64,000 nucleotides of DNA, taken from positions 34,150,388-34,214,387 of the forward strand of contig NC_092670.1 of assembly GCF_964355755.1 (NCBI RefSeq), given 5' to 3'. Under the pieces are notes generated by a model. The model had not been told where the DNA came from. It searched no databases and saw nothing but the letters and a program-made list of their open reading frames with translations. Below are positions 41,557-55,640 of this stretch, piece by piece (the stretch's first letter is position 1; each line of letters begins with the position of its first letter). The stretch comes from Antedon mediterranea. Taxonomy: Eukaryota > Animalia > Echinodermata. A program made the translations under genes and the position numbers.

Positions 41557-42348
41557 TATAACTATAATAATTATGTCTTTGTAGTACCAGCAGGCCCATT
41601 TTGGTCTGTTTAAGTTCTAAGGTCTTTTTGCTAAATACTTAGCTGCTGTTAGTGTTACCTACCTACCGATCGATGGCATGCATCATGGAGAAATATTCTC
41701 ATGTAGGCTATAAGTTCTTGCAAAAAAATCATATAAATAAATAATTTTAATAATTTATTTATATTATTTGCAAAAAAAAACATACTCTTCCTGGTCAGTA
41801 CCACACCCAGTTTTTGGTGCGGTTTACCATAATTTAATGATTGATATAAATCGTTTTACTTTTGTGAAAAAAATCAACTTTGGTATTTTATGGAGCACTG
41901 TCAGCTTGAATTAATAACATCTCCTTTACGCAGTTGTTATGACAACAGAGAACTCAACGCAACGTACTCAAATGAAAGGAGCTATCTATAGTTGTGCAAG
42001 AGAATTTTTCTAGCAACCAAACTGGTTGGCGAGTGCATTTGTCGACACTGGAATTGATAATTGATTGTAACTATAGGCATGGTTATCAATATCATTTCCA
42101 CGTATCATGCGCGTAGTTTAGGAACCAGTCCCAGGAGCGCTTACTGTATAATTATGGTAACATCAAACTGATCGCTACTAGTTGCTCTCACTCATACTGA
42201 CTAAAACTTGTTCAGTTTATTTTGTTTGGAATAATTTCGCATGTCGACTTTTGAATTTCTTGTATGGTTGGTAGTTCTTCGTGAAAGTGTAGCTAAAAAT
42301 TGTATTATTTATATTATAAATCATTTAATTTTGGTCAACAGATAAAAA

Positions 42349-45300
42349 ATGAAGATTGTCATTTTTGTTGCTGTAGCCTGTTTAGGCATGGTTCAGGCCA
42401 AAACCTTGTATGGCTTAAAACCATTATCACAAGATATGGTGAATTACATCAACTATATCAACACTACTTGGAAAGTAAGTATACCAATTGAACACACTGG
42501 TAGAACACCTATTAAGGTCAGGGGACACTTTCCAAATGTGTTGCCTTAATACGAGTTATACCTGAGTAGGTGTTGGCTGTATATTAAAACATACTTTACC
42601 CTTGTTTAATTGATGAGAAATGTCTACTTAATACAGCAGCTGTATGCTCATTGAAAATATCTTCATTATGTTATATACCCATCACAGGCACAGAATAAAT
42701 TCTAAACCGCCCTTTGATATGTCACAATGTTACAAATTGTTAATTTTACCAAATTTATAATATTTGAGCTATTAAATTAGTAGTAATTATAGATTTTGAC
42801 TCCAAATGTTTCTTTTTAAAAAAACAATAAAACACAAGAATGGCAAACTTGACTTTAAGAATTAATGACTTGGGTAGTATTTTTTTTTCATTCATAACAT
42901 TTAACATAACAAACTCTGACAAAAAAAGTAAGGAAAAATACAATGCAAATAATATGATAATAGGTCAAGGAATGAAGGCAGATGCCCGGAAAGATAAACA
43001 TCTTGAAGTGGTAGTAATGTGCATTGTGCATTAAACATAAATGTAAATGGGGAATCACCTGCGACTTGCATTCCATTGGACTGAATTGCGCACAGGTGTG
43101 GACGATACCATAACTTTCTTCTTCCCTAAGGGTCCCTTCGTATCGAGTGCTGCCACCAAACGGCTCCTGTTCGTCTGTCCATGACTGGAGCTGAATGGAC
43201 CAGTAAACCAGGGTAACCCCTTACTCTTTTGAAAGATGTTCGCCAAGGACCGTTGTGGCTGGAGAAAGCTTGTAGTCGCCTGCTCCGCAGCCAACTGATG
43301 ATGATGATGATGATGATGATGATCTACACTGGACCTCCAATTTTAAGTCCTTATTCGAGAAGACCTGTTCTACCACTAGAACAATGGTCAAGGAGTGTCT
43401 TGAACCTGTGCCGATTGTATAGCTATGGTTTGCGGCGCCCCTGCCCTAACCGCTCAGCCACTTGACTTGTGAAACATCAGAGAAATTATATATCTAAAAA
43501 TACAAGTGTTACAATCTTTACAGGCTGGCCACAACAAGAATTTTGAAGGCATGACAATAAAGCAAATCAAAGGAATGATGGGAGCTCTACCAGTTCCTGA
43601 AAGCATGAAGCTGCCCAGGAAATCTGTCATTGTTGGTGATCTACCAGAAAACTTTGACAGCCGAACCAAGTGGTCTAATTGCCCAACTATCAAGGAAGTT
43701 CGTGATCAGGGCTCATGTGGGTCTTGCTGGGTAAGTGTTGGAGAAGTGTGAAGGGACGGGTTATTCTTAGACGAATGAGCTTTACATGGCAAAACCCTTA
43801 GCATTTTATTCTAAATATCTAGTTCACAAGACATACAAGTTTATATACACTCATAAATCTACCTATAACCATTGTTGTTACTTAGAGGTAGATTAAACTT
43901 TTTGTTGAATATGCCATTTTAATGTCGCATAATAGTATTCACTTTGACCAAAAATTGGATCTGAAAAATTTAAAACTTTTCCCCCCAGAGATTTTGATTG
44001 ACCATTTATTTTGTCTTTTTATAAGTGAAAACATTATTTTTGGGGGTTTTTTTACGGATGTGAATAACTTTTTTTTTATGTTCTTGGGGGGACATGCATC
44101 TTTAATCATTCATTAAGTATTTCCTAGATTCTAAATCTGCAAATTGCTTATGTCATTTCTTTTGTACAACGCACCTTTGTACACATAATCAACTACAGTA
44201 TTATGATATAATAATTATTAAATGTTTGTTGATTGTTGTAGGCATTCGGCGCAGTTGAATCAATGTCTGATAGGTACTGTATCCACTCGGGAGGAAAAGT
44301 AAATTTCCACATCTCTGCAGAAGATTTGACAACCTGCTGTAGCAGCTGCGGCGCTGGGTGGGTATTGCTACTGGTTTAAACTTTACAGCAACACTTTTAG
44401 AAAGTTTAGGTAACTGCAAACATTAGATTGAAATTCACGTTTATTGGGACAGTCTTCGGTCTTCTTTAGTCTTCTTACCAAAGGTTAAATTTAATTCAAT
44501 TTATTTTCCACAACATACTACCACTACAACAATAAAGTACATGGAGGATGCATAATTTAAGATCTAAGCAATTAAGCACAGATCTTTAAGCTAATAAGCA
44601 ACCTTAGAAAATAATAAATATTTACAATCAACATTAGTGAATAAAAAAATAAGTAAATAAGTAAATCAGGCAGTATACAACAAAATCATGTGAGATAATA
44701 CAATACATTGCATTGAATTCCACAATTCATTATAACAAAACTACAAATCTTTCTCAAAATTATTGGTATTTCTTTAAAATTGACATTTATTCAAACATGT
44801 TACAGTGTGAATCAATTTTTAAATAATTGTGATGTTGAAAATGTTTGTAGTTTGTCGCTTTATTGTAGATGATTTAATTGTAGAATGTAATTATTTGTTT
44901 ATTTCTGTGCACTGTTCTGGGTTGACCAACTAGCATAGGTGTTTAGCACTTTGGTCATTCCTTGCCTTTTATATTTCGTTTTGTCTTTTTCTTCAATCAA
45001 TCAAAATTAAATTATTTCCAAAATGGATTGAATAAATAAAAAAATAAAAACAAAAAAGTGCGTAACATTCATTAGAAAATCTCGAACATTATCTAGTGAT
45101 CTGATTTTGATTAAAGATGCAATGGTGGATATCCTCCTGAAGCCTGGAACTACTGGAAAAATAACGGAATTGTAACGGGGGGTAATTACAACACCAATCA
45201 AGGCTGTCAGCCATACCTCATTCCATCATGTGACCATCATGTCGTTGGAAAGCTTCAGCCATGTGGTGATAGCAAGCCAACTCCAAAATGTTCCAGGTCT

Positions 45301-46563
45301 TGCGAGAGTGGCTACTCAGTCAAGTACAATGATGATAAGAAATTTGGTAAGTACTGCACAATAAATATTTCACTATGTATTCAACATTTTGTTCTTTTAT
45401 ATATATAAAACTTCCCAAATGCTGTAAATTCATATTAATATAGTATATATGTACAGAATATGTTAGAAACATGAAGAAAGCATCGTCTGTCCGACACGAA
45501 AGTCAAATGAGTCCTTTAATAGAGGTCATACCATCGCTTAGTCATTAGCTGCATCTCAACTGTCGCTCAGTGTTTTAAGCTTAAAATTTCTACTGCTCAG
45601 ATCTTTGGTTCTTATTCAAAATCTACATAAAGTCATTTCTTTATCGCCTAAAGGTGCTACAGCCTATCAAGTTTCTGGAGTACAACAAATTATGACGGAG
45701 ATAATGACCAATGGACCAGTAGAAGCAGACTTCACTGTGTATGCAGATTTTCCAACCTACAAATCCGGTAAGCATGCAAGCTGCTGTCTGATAAAATTGT
45801 TATTACTCAAAGTCTTGGAGAGAAATCATGAATAAGAGATTTATTATTGAGAAAGCTGACCTATTTCTTAACTATAACTTAGTGGTCGAACCAAGGGCTT
45901 CAGTTCCACAACTTAAAATCTAAACAGTTGCTGCTCACAAGCTGGCTTGCAATAAAAACTGTTGATACTACCTATTACATCTATGTCCATGCTTATATAG
46001 TGCCCCCTATGATGTCCTAATTTATGCCATAATTAATCTCATGAATTATTCATTGTTTCTGCTTGAGGTTTTGCAATTTGGTAAACTTACTACTGTATAT
46101 TATGATCCATCCATCCATGATCATTGTACTTGATACTTGTAGGCTACCAATTGTTTTAGGTCATCTTCAGTTTTTATAACAATTCCTTCTCATGTATATC
46201 ATACTGTAAGCATATTGTTTATCTAATTCCTTTTCTTTCTTTTTTAGGTGTTTACAAGCATGAGACCGGAGGTGTGTTAGGTGGACATGCTATCAGGATC
46301 CTTGGTTGGGGTGTTGAGGATGGTGTTGACTATTGGCTTGTTGCCAACTCCTGGAATCCAGACTGGGGTGATAATGGTACTTATTTCATTTCTTTTATTT
46401 CATTACTCTAATTTTTTTAATTTTTTTTTTAACATAGAGTACATCTCTTATCATATGTGGTTTTATTTTTCTTTACATTTTAGGCTTTTTCAAGATTGTT
46501 CGTGGCACTAATGAATGTGGAATAGAGAGTGATATAAATGCTGGAATTCCCAAACTGCCTTAA
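42349..46563 (+). CDS. CTSB: Cathepsin B (papain family C1A cysteine protease), 333 aa, 7 coding exons
   Basis: Exons 42349-42474, 43524-43730, 44242-44357, 45117-45346, 45654-45767, 46248-46376, 46484-46563 sum to 1002 nt in frame. Signal peptide, LPENFDSR..W, catalytic [14 protein letters not shown], occluding loop [39 protein letters not shown]. Confidence 0.97.
43058..43324 (+). mobile_element. 3' fragment of an RTE-like LINE in a cathepsin B intron
   Basis: Ends ..[16 protein letters not shown] followed by a (GAT)n tail. Confidence 0.55.
44815..45055 (+). mobile_element. Short 3' fragment of the LINE family seen at 49.5-51.1 kb
   Basis: Shares CTGTTCTGGGTTGACCAACTAGCATAGGTGTTTAGCAC and the A-rich tail with 50905-51130. 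Confidence 0.8.
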
Positions 46564-46592
46564 TTGTAGTGAGTCTATACTAGTAGTTAAGG

Positions 46593-46935
46593 TTAAAGAT
46601 ATATTGTCCTCCAAAAACATGAAAAATGAATTAATTAAATCAAAATTTGAATATGTTATTTTGTAGTTTTAATAAAGTTAATCACTTGCATAAAAAAAAC
46701 GAAAAAAAATAATGTTTTCACTTGTAAAATGACAAAATAAATGGTTAAATTCAACCAAAAATCCATTGGCTGGCAGCCAATTTGACCATTTTTTACTTTA
46801 AATTACATTTTTTTCAGGTAAATACATTTTTTTTCAATCCAATTTTTGGTCAAAGTGGATAACTATTATGTTATGGAATATTCAACAAAAATTGTTTTAA
46901 TAATTATTTTTTTCAGGGAGACAATACATCTTTAA
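46593..46935. mobile_element. TTAA-flanked MITE of the same family, 30 bp after the cathepsin B stop
   Basis: TTAA-AGATATATTGTCC...GAGACAATACATCT-TTAA. Confidence 0.8.
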
Positions 46936-48054
46936 CCAAACAGAATTGTTGAAATGCAATTCAAATTATGAAACTACCTGAACTACCATCAGTCCCTAAT
47001 GAAAACTAATTCTTTTTTTAGGATTAATTGGGTTTTCCTGAATTCATCATTGAATGTTTTTCCTTTGTTTTTTCTCTGATGTTTTTTATTTGACTGTTGT
47101 TATGTATGATGTATGGATTCGAAATAAAAGCAAACGAACCTTATAATGGGCCTGGAGCTATATTTATATCAATCCTTTATTGTTAATATCTCTTACTTTA
47201 TTGAACAATTTGTTTCCAAATTTCCCAAAAAAAAGTAAGAAGGATAACATTGAGCAATGAATACCTCAAAGGTATGAATTTTAAATGGGAAGCACTGGTT
47301 TTTATTAATAGTCATTTCAACTGCCATGCCATTTTTCTCTTTTTTTCCTCTCTTTTCTCCGGGAGCTTTATGGTGCAGTTCTAACAAATAAAACAGTTTG
47401 ACTTTTTTTTCAACAATTTTATTTTTTCTTAACAATTTTATTTCTCTCATTTTAGGATCATTGTCGATTCAATGATAATAAGTGCAAGATTGAAGAAAAA
47501 CTTAATTCAGCTGTATTTAAATGCAATTTATTTTGTGTAATTACATAAAAAAAAACAAATGAAGATGTCCCACTAGTCAATAGAAGTCTTTTTATATTTT
47601 GTAATATTAGAAATAAATCATAGATCATGAATTAAATTTGTCCGTTTTTATAAATCGTGATGGTGATAAATGTTAATAGCAAGAAAGGCACAGTACTTGA
47701 AATAAACTATGACCTATGACCTGGTGTTTGTGTACTTTTTATGTTATGGCTCAAGAAGGATGTTGACTTTTTAAGCCAGCCTGCAGCCAGAACTTTTAGA
47801 GGGTGTGTCCATTGCTTACCTTGTTTGAACAGAAAAAGGAAAGATGGTTCAAACCTCTATTGGCTTTTTCTTGAATTTACATTAACCATTTGGTTATAAT
47901 AAAACCAACTTTTGCAATTTTTTATGGCACGCGCCACCAGCTATGATAATCGATTGGGTTTTATTGCGTCGTGCTATTTTGTATTTGGCGCACTAAATAC
48001 ATTTTCGTCTTCATTATACATTTCGTGATCGTTTTTATATTATGTAGGCCTACA

Positions 48055-48500
48055 TTCATCTGGGAAGCTTTATTAACACGACCAGCAGAGATTTTGAAAT
48101 AAGAAAAGGAAAAGCAATTAATGAATTAAATCAAATATGGAGGTAAAATATAAGTAAAAACCTTAAACTACGGCTCTTCATGAGTATTGTTGAATCATTC
48201 TATATTGGTCAGAAAGTTGAACCATTACAAAGAAACTTGAAAAATCAATTGATGGCAGTCACTCACTACTTAGTGCTGCTATGGGCATAAAATGGCAACA
48301 AAGAATCAGTAACGAAGTACTATATGGCTCTTTGGCCATACCAAAAATAATAAGCTTAGAAGACTGGCATTTGCTGGACACTGTCTTCGCAGTAAAGAAG
48401 AAATGTTTTCAGATGTTCTGCTTTGGCAGCCAAAACATGGATTTGAAAAACAAGGAAGGCCAGCTCTCGCATACATTGACGTACTGGAGATGGATACTAG
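48055..48500 (+). mobile_element. Degenerate RTE-like LINE fragment
   Basis: Frameshifted remnants LGSFI..DFEIRKGKA..NLKLRLF..MGIKWQQRISNEVLYG..RLAFAGHCLR..LLWQPKHG..GRP. Confidence 0.7.
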
Positions 48501-49489
48501 CTAATTCAATTTTTCAGAGTTTATTCCTTATGGCCAGGTATCGATGTGGTTATGTTTTTACAGTGCGCAATCACAAATTACGCGGTCTACGCACGATTTA
48601 ACGAAATCATGTTTGTAATCATATTTTCAAAAACATGAATAAAAATTAAACAACATTTGGCACTCATAAATTTCAGGTCATATTTCATCATATGGCAATA
48701 CAATTACGTGTTTAGCGCATATAACGCATGCGTACGCGCGCTTAAAATTTTCGATGAAATTAGAGTACGTTTCAGACAATTTTAGGCCTTTAAAAATTGC
48801 ACGCGCACTGCGCGTTAAACGTTGATATGAACTCTTTTGCCCGATTTCTGTTTTACAACCTTTCTTTAATAATATCATAATATTTTGTGTCTCAGAGCAA
48901 ACACAATTTCTATGTATATATTTTGTTTTACTGTATATCCGAATGAAAATAAAAATGATGATTTCCACTAATGTATGTAGGCCTATATTTGATCCACTTT
49001 TCAACTTGAAATTGCGTTATACTAAAACACGTCAAAAGTGACAGGCTACGCACACGTGTAGGCCTAAGTTAACAAAAGGGTAAAAATATGCTACATTTTG
49101 AAATTAATATAGATCGTCAGAATGCTCGGGAACACCTATTTTGCATTTCATTTACTTAAAGTGTATGTATCATGTATGATTAATTATGACATTAAGAGAA
49201 CAAAAATTGATTAAGTCATCATTAATTGTGTGTATATTCAATTTAAAAAAAATAATTTCGACAATCAAACGAACTATGGGCCGAAATAACCAACTTAACA
49301 TTAACTTTATTCTTTAAAATGTTCATATAAGTCTGACAGTGCGTCATTTTTTCAAATCTTTAAAGATCTTAGGAAGATATTATAAAGGGTTTTATAAGAA
49401 ATTTTCTGATTTCAATCGGTAAATTTTAACTCTACGCGCGGTAGAAGTAATTTCCGGGTTCACGGAAGGTGTTGGTTTCAACTGATAAT

Positions 49490-51130
49490 ATTTCTCCGCT
49501 TATCCTGAGCTGAGCTTTCTTCCTAATTGTGTTGTTTATTTAACAAATCACTTTGCTTTGGTACCCTTCCATCTTCATGGAAAGCAGCACATGTAACTCC
49601 AGTTCATAAGAAAGGAAATAAAGAGGACGTAAAAAATTATAGGCCAATTTCCCTACTAAGTACTGTATCTAAAGTATTTGAACGGTGCGTCTTTGACAAA
49701 GTATATCCTCATCTTCAACACAAGATATATGCTGGACAACATGAGGTCAACTCACTGAGGTCATCAATGATTTTAGTATAGTCTTAGATAAGCAGTTAGG
49801 TCAGACTGATGTAATTTATCTTGATTTTTCCCGTGCTTTTGACTCTGTGCCTCACCTTAAATTGATTCATAAACTTCAGTCTTATGGTATATCTGGTAAC
49901 TTACTTACCTGGTTTCGTAATTATATAACAAACCGAGCACAGAAAGTTGTAATTGAAGGTCAGTCTTCAGAGTGGTTCCCAGTATCATCAGGTGTCCCAC
50001 AGGGATCGATTCTAGGGCCATTAATGTTTATCCTATATATTAATGATCTGCCTGATAAATTAAGTTGTGACACAAATATTGCACTTTATGCTGATGATGC
50101 CAAATGTTACAGAGAAATTCACAGTGTCCAGGATTGCCATTCACTTCAGACTGATATTGATACTTTGAGCACCTGGTCTAAAAAATGGGATTTGAATTTT
50201 AATACTTCTAAATGTAAAATTATTTCTATTACCCGATCTCGAAATTCTGTTCATTTTGATTATATAATTAATAACGATGTTCTTGAACGAGTTAGTGAAA
50301 TGAATGATCTTGGTATCATAATTTATTCTCAGTTATCTTGGAAGGATCATTATAATTATATTATTTCCAAAGCAAATCGTATGTTAGGCCTGGTTAAACG
50401 TGTTAGTTTCCATTGTAATTCACATGTAAAACGGTCTCTTTATTTAAGTGTTGTTCGTAGTTACCTTGAATACTGCTCTACTGTCTGGTCTCCCAATTAC
50501 AAAACTTATATAAGACAACTTGAGGGAGTTCAGCGTAGAGCAACTAAATTTATTTTAAATAATTTTGAAGCTGATTACAAATGCAGACTTCAAACATGCA
50601 ATTTATTACCATTATGTTATAGGCGTCACTTTACTGATATCGTTTTTCTCTTTAAGATTTTCAATTCTAATATAATTAATACTGACAATTTATTTAATAT
50701 TCGTAATCCACAACGTGTTACTCGTAGCTCTTTTTCTGTTGGTACTTTTTTTGATATTCGTCGCTGCAGAACTGAATCTTCTTTTCAATCATATATCCCA
50801 CGTGTTACCAGAATTTGGAATAACTTACCCAGTGAAATCCGCAACTTAAATATTTCTGTTAGTTCTTTTAAAACCAAATTACTTAATTATCTCAATATTT
50901 ATTTTTTAAATAATTTTGATATTGAAAATGTGTGTAGTTGGTCGCTTTCTTGTCGATGCTTTTATTGTAGAACGTAATTTATTTATTTTTCTCTGTTCTG
51001 GGTTGACCAACTAGCATAGGTGTTTAGCACCTGTTTGGTCTTTCCGTGCCTCCTTTTTATAATTGTTTTGTCTTCTTTGTTATGCATATGGCAGAAATTG
51101 AATAAATAAAAAAAAAATAAAAAAAAAACA
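49490..51130 (+). mobile_element. 5'-truncated CR1-like LINE
   Basis: WKAAHVTPVHKKG..NYRPISLL, IYLDFSRAFDSV, GVPQGSILGPLMF, YADD, LEGVQRRATK; Cys-rich C-terminus; A-rich tail. Confidence 0.93.
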
Positions 51131-51500
51131 GTGAGTTGTAAAACAACTGTTTCGTAAGTTGGCCGTTGGTGCTTGGTGGCGATAGCCATTTTGTTTTTTT
51201 GTTTATGAAGGTATGGTAGTACATAAAGATCAAATTAAATACATTCATGAAACAAAGGAGTAAATTGTGGGAAATAATTATATAAAATTACATTACATCG
51301 AGAGAATTGATGATAAAAGCTTTTATTTTGAAATCGAATAAAACCCCGATAGCCGATTTGTTGAGTAAGCTTCCAGGACTTTATGTATATGCCTACTGTG
51401 CGTTATCTGTGTCCCGTCAGGGCCCTGGGATTTATTTGAATAAACGCCCGGAACACCTCCCCAATAAAACATCAATTAAAATAATTATCTCGCTACTCAA

Positions 51501-51541
51501 CCCCCCCCCCCCCCCCACCCCCCCCCCCCCCCCCCAACCCC
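51501..51541. repeat. Poly-C tract (G-quadruplex potential on the minus strand)
   Basis: About 38 C in 41 nt. Confidence 0.85.
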
Positions 51542-52741
51542 AAATACATCTAATAAACGCCCATCCACATTTATACACACAATATTGCATTATATTTATA
51601 ACACAATTATACTATTTTTAGAAGATTTCTTGACTGTTTTACAATTTACCAAACATTTGATATTCTTTTTTACCACTTTTCATATCTACAATAAACACTA
51701 TACGCCTAAAACGCTATCATCTAAGACACTTAGGTTAGTGAGTATTGTTTAGTTTTACAAATATCAAAAGCATTTAAATAATGGTAACCGACCGAAATTG
51801 ACAGTGACAGCACAACTGTATGGTAAGTGTGCGATTTTAACTATGATACAAGATGCGTGATGCTGTTAGCCATCTTGGTACAAGTTTGGTTACCAATGAT
51901 GTTGACACCAGTCTACCACGATGAGGTAGCATCTCCGACTTCAGACTGGGATGTTTTTTTTTTTGTGTTTTTTTTTTTGTTCTTTTTTTTTTTTATAATT
52001 CCTTATAAACTAAATAAATAAGTTTATATTATTGAACAAATTACTTATTTTAATTATTTACTCTACAATAATATAGGTCTAAAACCTATTATTATACGAA
52101 ATTAATAGGAATAATTACAATATTATTATTTTTTTTTAAATTATTTCTTACTAACTAAATCAACTTACGATAACATTTTTTTATTAAAATGTATTAATAA
52201 AATATAAATTCGTAAAAAATTTTGTTTTTTTATTCTTACTAACTAAAAACTTCTATCAACTATCCTAAATATCATTAACAATTTTTTTTAAAACTAATTA
52301 AATAATGTTTTTTTGTTATTTCCTCCTTTTTTTGTATTGCTTACTAGTGAAACAAATTACTTATTTTTATCATTATTATCAATAATCTATTTTTAATTTA
52401 TCATTGGTATTATATTAATATCCTCCTTAGAGTTTGTTTTATCATTATAATATTACAATAGCAATATTGTTTTTAATTCACATTACTTACGGTATCTTAC
52501 TTTGTTTTTCTTAAGTATAAGTGCTTCAGTAATCTACATTTTTAAAACGTTATTTATATACTTCTTACCTTATAGTAGTCATTTATTGCACATCTTAGAC
52601 TAGTCTATTTAGTTTAACTTTTCTTCAATCAATTTAATCGTCTTAAGATTCCTATAACTATATTCTAAATCTAATCCCTTAAATTGTTTTGTCTTAACGT
52701 AAATGGTTACTTAAACTATGTTTTAAATTATCTTAATTTGC

Positions 52742-53612
52742 TCAAGAACTATCGTCATTATTCTCAAAATAGAATGAGTCTTGTAATTCAAATTTCTCAA
52801 GAATTGCGTTAATTATTAAGTAAGCTATTGCTGATGGCTTTACTGTTGTAAGAGATATTTTATTTGTAATCAAATATTTGACAGATTCGTGTCTCACTTT
52901 TTCTATTCTACGTTTGTTGTTGTTGGTTGTAGCTTTACTGATAGCAATATCGCAATAAATGTGAACAAAATCAAGACAAGTGACACTATTGATATTAAAG
53001 TTTAATATCTGTAATATTTTAAATTCTATTTGTGCAATTTTTTTAGGATTAAAGAAGCCAAGATTCCGGAGGCGGTCACAAGCATAAGGGATGATGTGTT
53101 TAGATTGGTATCGTTCAGCACATTTCAATGCAAGGCAAAATGATGCAATTGCCAATTCTTCGAGATCTCCAAGTTTAAATGCTGTGTTATCACAGAGAAG
53201 TACATTTTCTATAATTGTTAGGCTACGATGTACAATATCATAATCGATTATGTATTCATAACGTATGAGTTCAGATCGAATATTACATAAAAATTCTACC
53301 ATATAATCTTTAACTGATTGTGATTCAAAATGTGCCCATGGATTTTCAGATATTTTTTCACGATTAATTAATGAATTAAAATATTCTTTATTAGATTCAA
53401 GTTCAAAATTTTCATTTGAAATGTCGTTATCACCGCTACCTGGAAAATGAAACAAAACATCACCATTTCCTACTACTACAACAGTGCTACTATTATTACT
53501 TTCTCCTATGCTGCCACTGCTGCTGTTGCTACTAATATTACTAGTACTGTCACCACTACTGCTACTACTGCTATTGGGCATAGTGGTACTACTACTACTA
53601 CTGCTGCTGCTG

Positions 53613-53698
<86 letters not shown>

Positions 53699-53747
53699 GC
53701 TACTGCTACTACTACTACTGCTGCTGCTGCTGCTACTACTGCTACTG

Positions 53748-53780
<33 letters not shown>

Positions 53781-53820
53781 TTACTACTACTACTACTGCT
53801 ACTGCTAATACTAATACTAC

Positions 53821-53855
<35 letters not shown>

Positions 53856-54595
53856 ATACTACTACTACTAATACTACTACTACGACTAATACTACTACTA
53901 CTAATACTACTACTACTAATACTACTACTACGACTAATACTACTGAAACTACTACTACTACCATTATCAGCTTCACTGCTAATACTAATAATGATGTCAC
54001 TATCACTACTCCTATCACTACTTATTATGATAGGCATATCATTTGTATTTGGAGACAGTATTTGATCTTCACTAGGCCAACTACTACTATCACTATCACT
54101 GCTGCTACTAATAATGATGTCACTATCACTACTACAATCACTACTTATTATGATAGGCATATCATTTGTATTTGGAGACAGTATTTGATCCTCACTAGGC
54201 CAACTACTACTATCATGATCACTGTTAATACTAATAATGATGTCACTATCACTACTTTTATCACTTATTATGATAGGCATATCATTTGTATTTGGAGACA
54301 AAATGTGGTCGTCACTAGTAGGCCTATTTAATTCATGATTAAAATGACAATTGATATCAGCTGATTTGTTTTCCGTTTTTAAAAGTGTATCATATTCGTG
54401 TAACTTACACGTTGGGTTAACATTAGCGTTTCTTCTGACATCATAAGGATACCCCCTGTTTCTAGGCCTAACCCTTCTATTCCTCACCTGGAGGAACCTA
54501 GCGTACTTAGCGGCGGGATACTCATTTGATCTCACCGCATTCTGGGCTTCTTCTAAAGAAGCATTATATCTTCTTTTAAGTATCAACTTTGCCAT
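52742..54595 (-). CDS. Intronless 617-aa protein: basic N-terminus, 3x41-aa Ser/Asp/Ile repeats, poly-Ser tract, divergent C-terminal cyclin-box domain
   Basis: Open ATG-to-TGA ORF. C-terminus matches cyclin N-domain helices: DYMVEFL...HRSLTIIENVL...LEELAIASFCLALKCAE...IAQIEFKILQILNFNINSVTCLDFVHIYC. Confidence 0.75.
53570..53965. repeat. (ACT/GCT/AAT)n trinucleotide tract encoding poly-Ser in the cyclin-like ORF
   Basis: Direct reading of the sequence. Confidence 0.95.
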
Positions 54596-55640
54596 AGCAG
54601 ATGATGTAAGTATAGCAAACGTAATAGGAAATAGATGTACAGTATTTCCAAACTGAATTGCACGGTAAAAGCAGTTTTATTTCGTTTTAATGAAGAGCAA
54701 TTTGAAATCACTGTTCATCGATTGAAAGAATTTTTCATTCTGACTTTAATTTGGAATAGTCGTTAGTTATTTTCGAATATTTGATGACGTAACAATGGTT
54801 GCGCTGTTCTATTGTAAGCGCGGTGAACGCACCACTACGTAATGTTACTAGCTCTTTAATGCGCGCGCTACACAGCGTCATCTCTCTGTATATTGATTAG
54901 AAAGAGAGCGTTCTTAAGACTGGACAAACCAAAATTTTTCTTTAAAGAAAAACCAATAGTTCATCATTGGTTCATGTTGATATTTATTAGGTTATATGCG
55001 TGATTCTGTTAGAATCTTTGTGTATTTATTCTTTCCTTAGTACTATTTTGTCCGTCAATTATCTTGATATCAGTGTCATCCAAGTTTTTCGGAACTAGAG
55101 ATAAATTCCATGTGTTTCGTCTGGTCAGATGAAAGGGCTACCCGTACATGTATAGATATTGTGCCGCTGCATTAATCATAGAGGGGATCTGCTAATACTC
55201 TAGGGGGTAGAGTAATTGACTTCCTAGTTTGGAGGGGGCACTGCTCCATGTTGTGAAATGGCGTCGCCCAGTTTGACCTTTTACCCTGTACTTCCGATAC
55301 TGTGTTTTGAAGAACAGGAAATTCTTGTGTTATAAGTTCTTTGTTTATATATGAATAAATAAAGCATAATTATACGTAAGCATTTTAACCGACCAATCAG
55401 CATGATCATTTTGAACTTTGGTTGGGTGATATTTCCGAACATTCCAATGCTTCCGAAGACGTTGCTTCCGAAGACATGCGAAAGGTGACATTCTTTGTGA
55501 CGTCACAGGTACTTTAATTAAAATAATAAAATTCACTTTTTGGCTCATACTGTTTCGTATGTTTTTCAGCGTTTCCAAGCCTCTTGAAACCATTCTAAGG
55601 CGTTCCATGCGATACATGTTGGCTACAACATACGAATCTG

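Noticed and set aside
48530-49480. CpG-richer block resembling a DNA-transposon remnant
   Set aside because: No TIR pair, TSD or coding similarity could be established by eye.
51955-51994. Poly(A) tail proving the cyclin-like ORF is a retrocopy
   Set aside because: The run is interrupted, has no exact AATAAA just upstream, and no TSD was found; kept only as a possibility.
53447-54331. Poly-Thr, poly-Leu and poly-Val ORFs (mucin-like or membrane-like)
   Set aside because: Alternative frames of the trinucleotide tract; only the minus poly-Ser frame connects to a recognisable domain.
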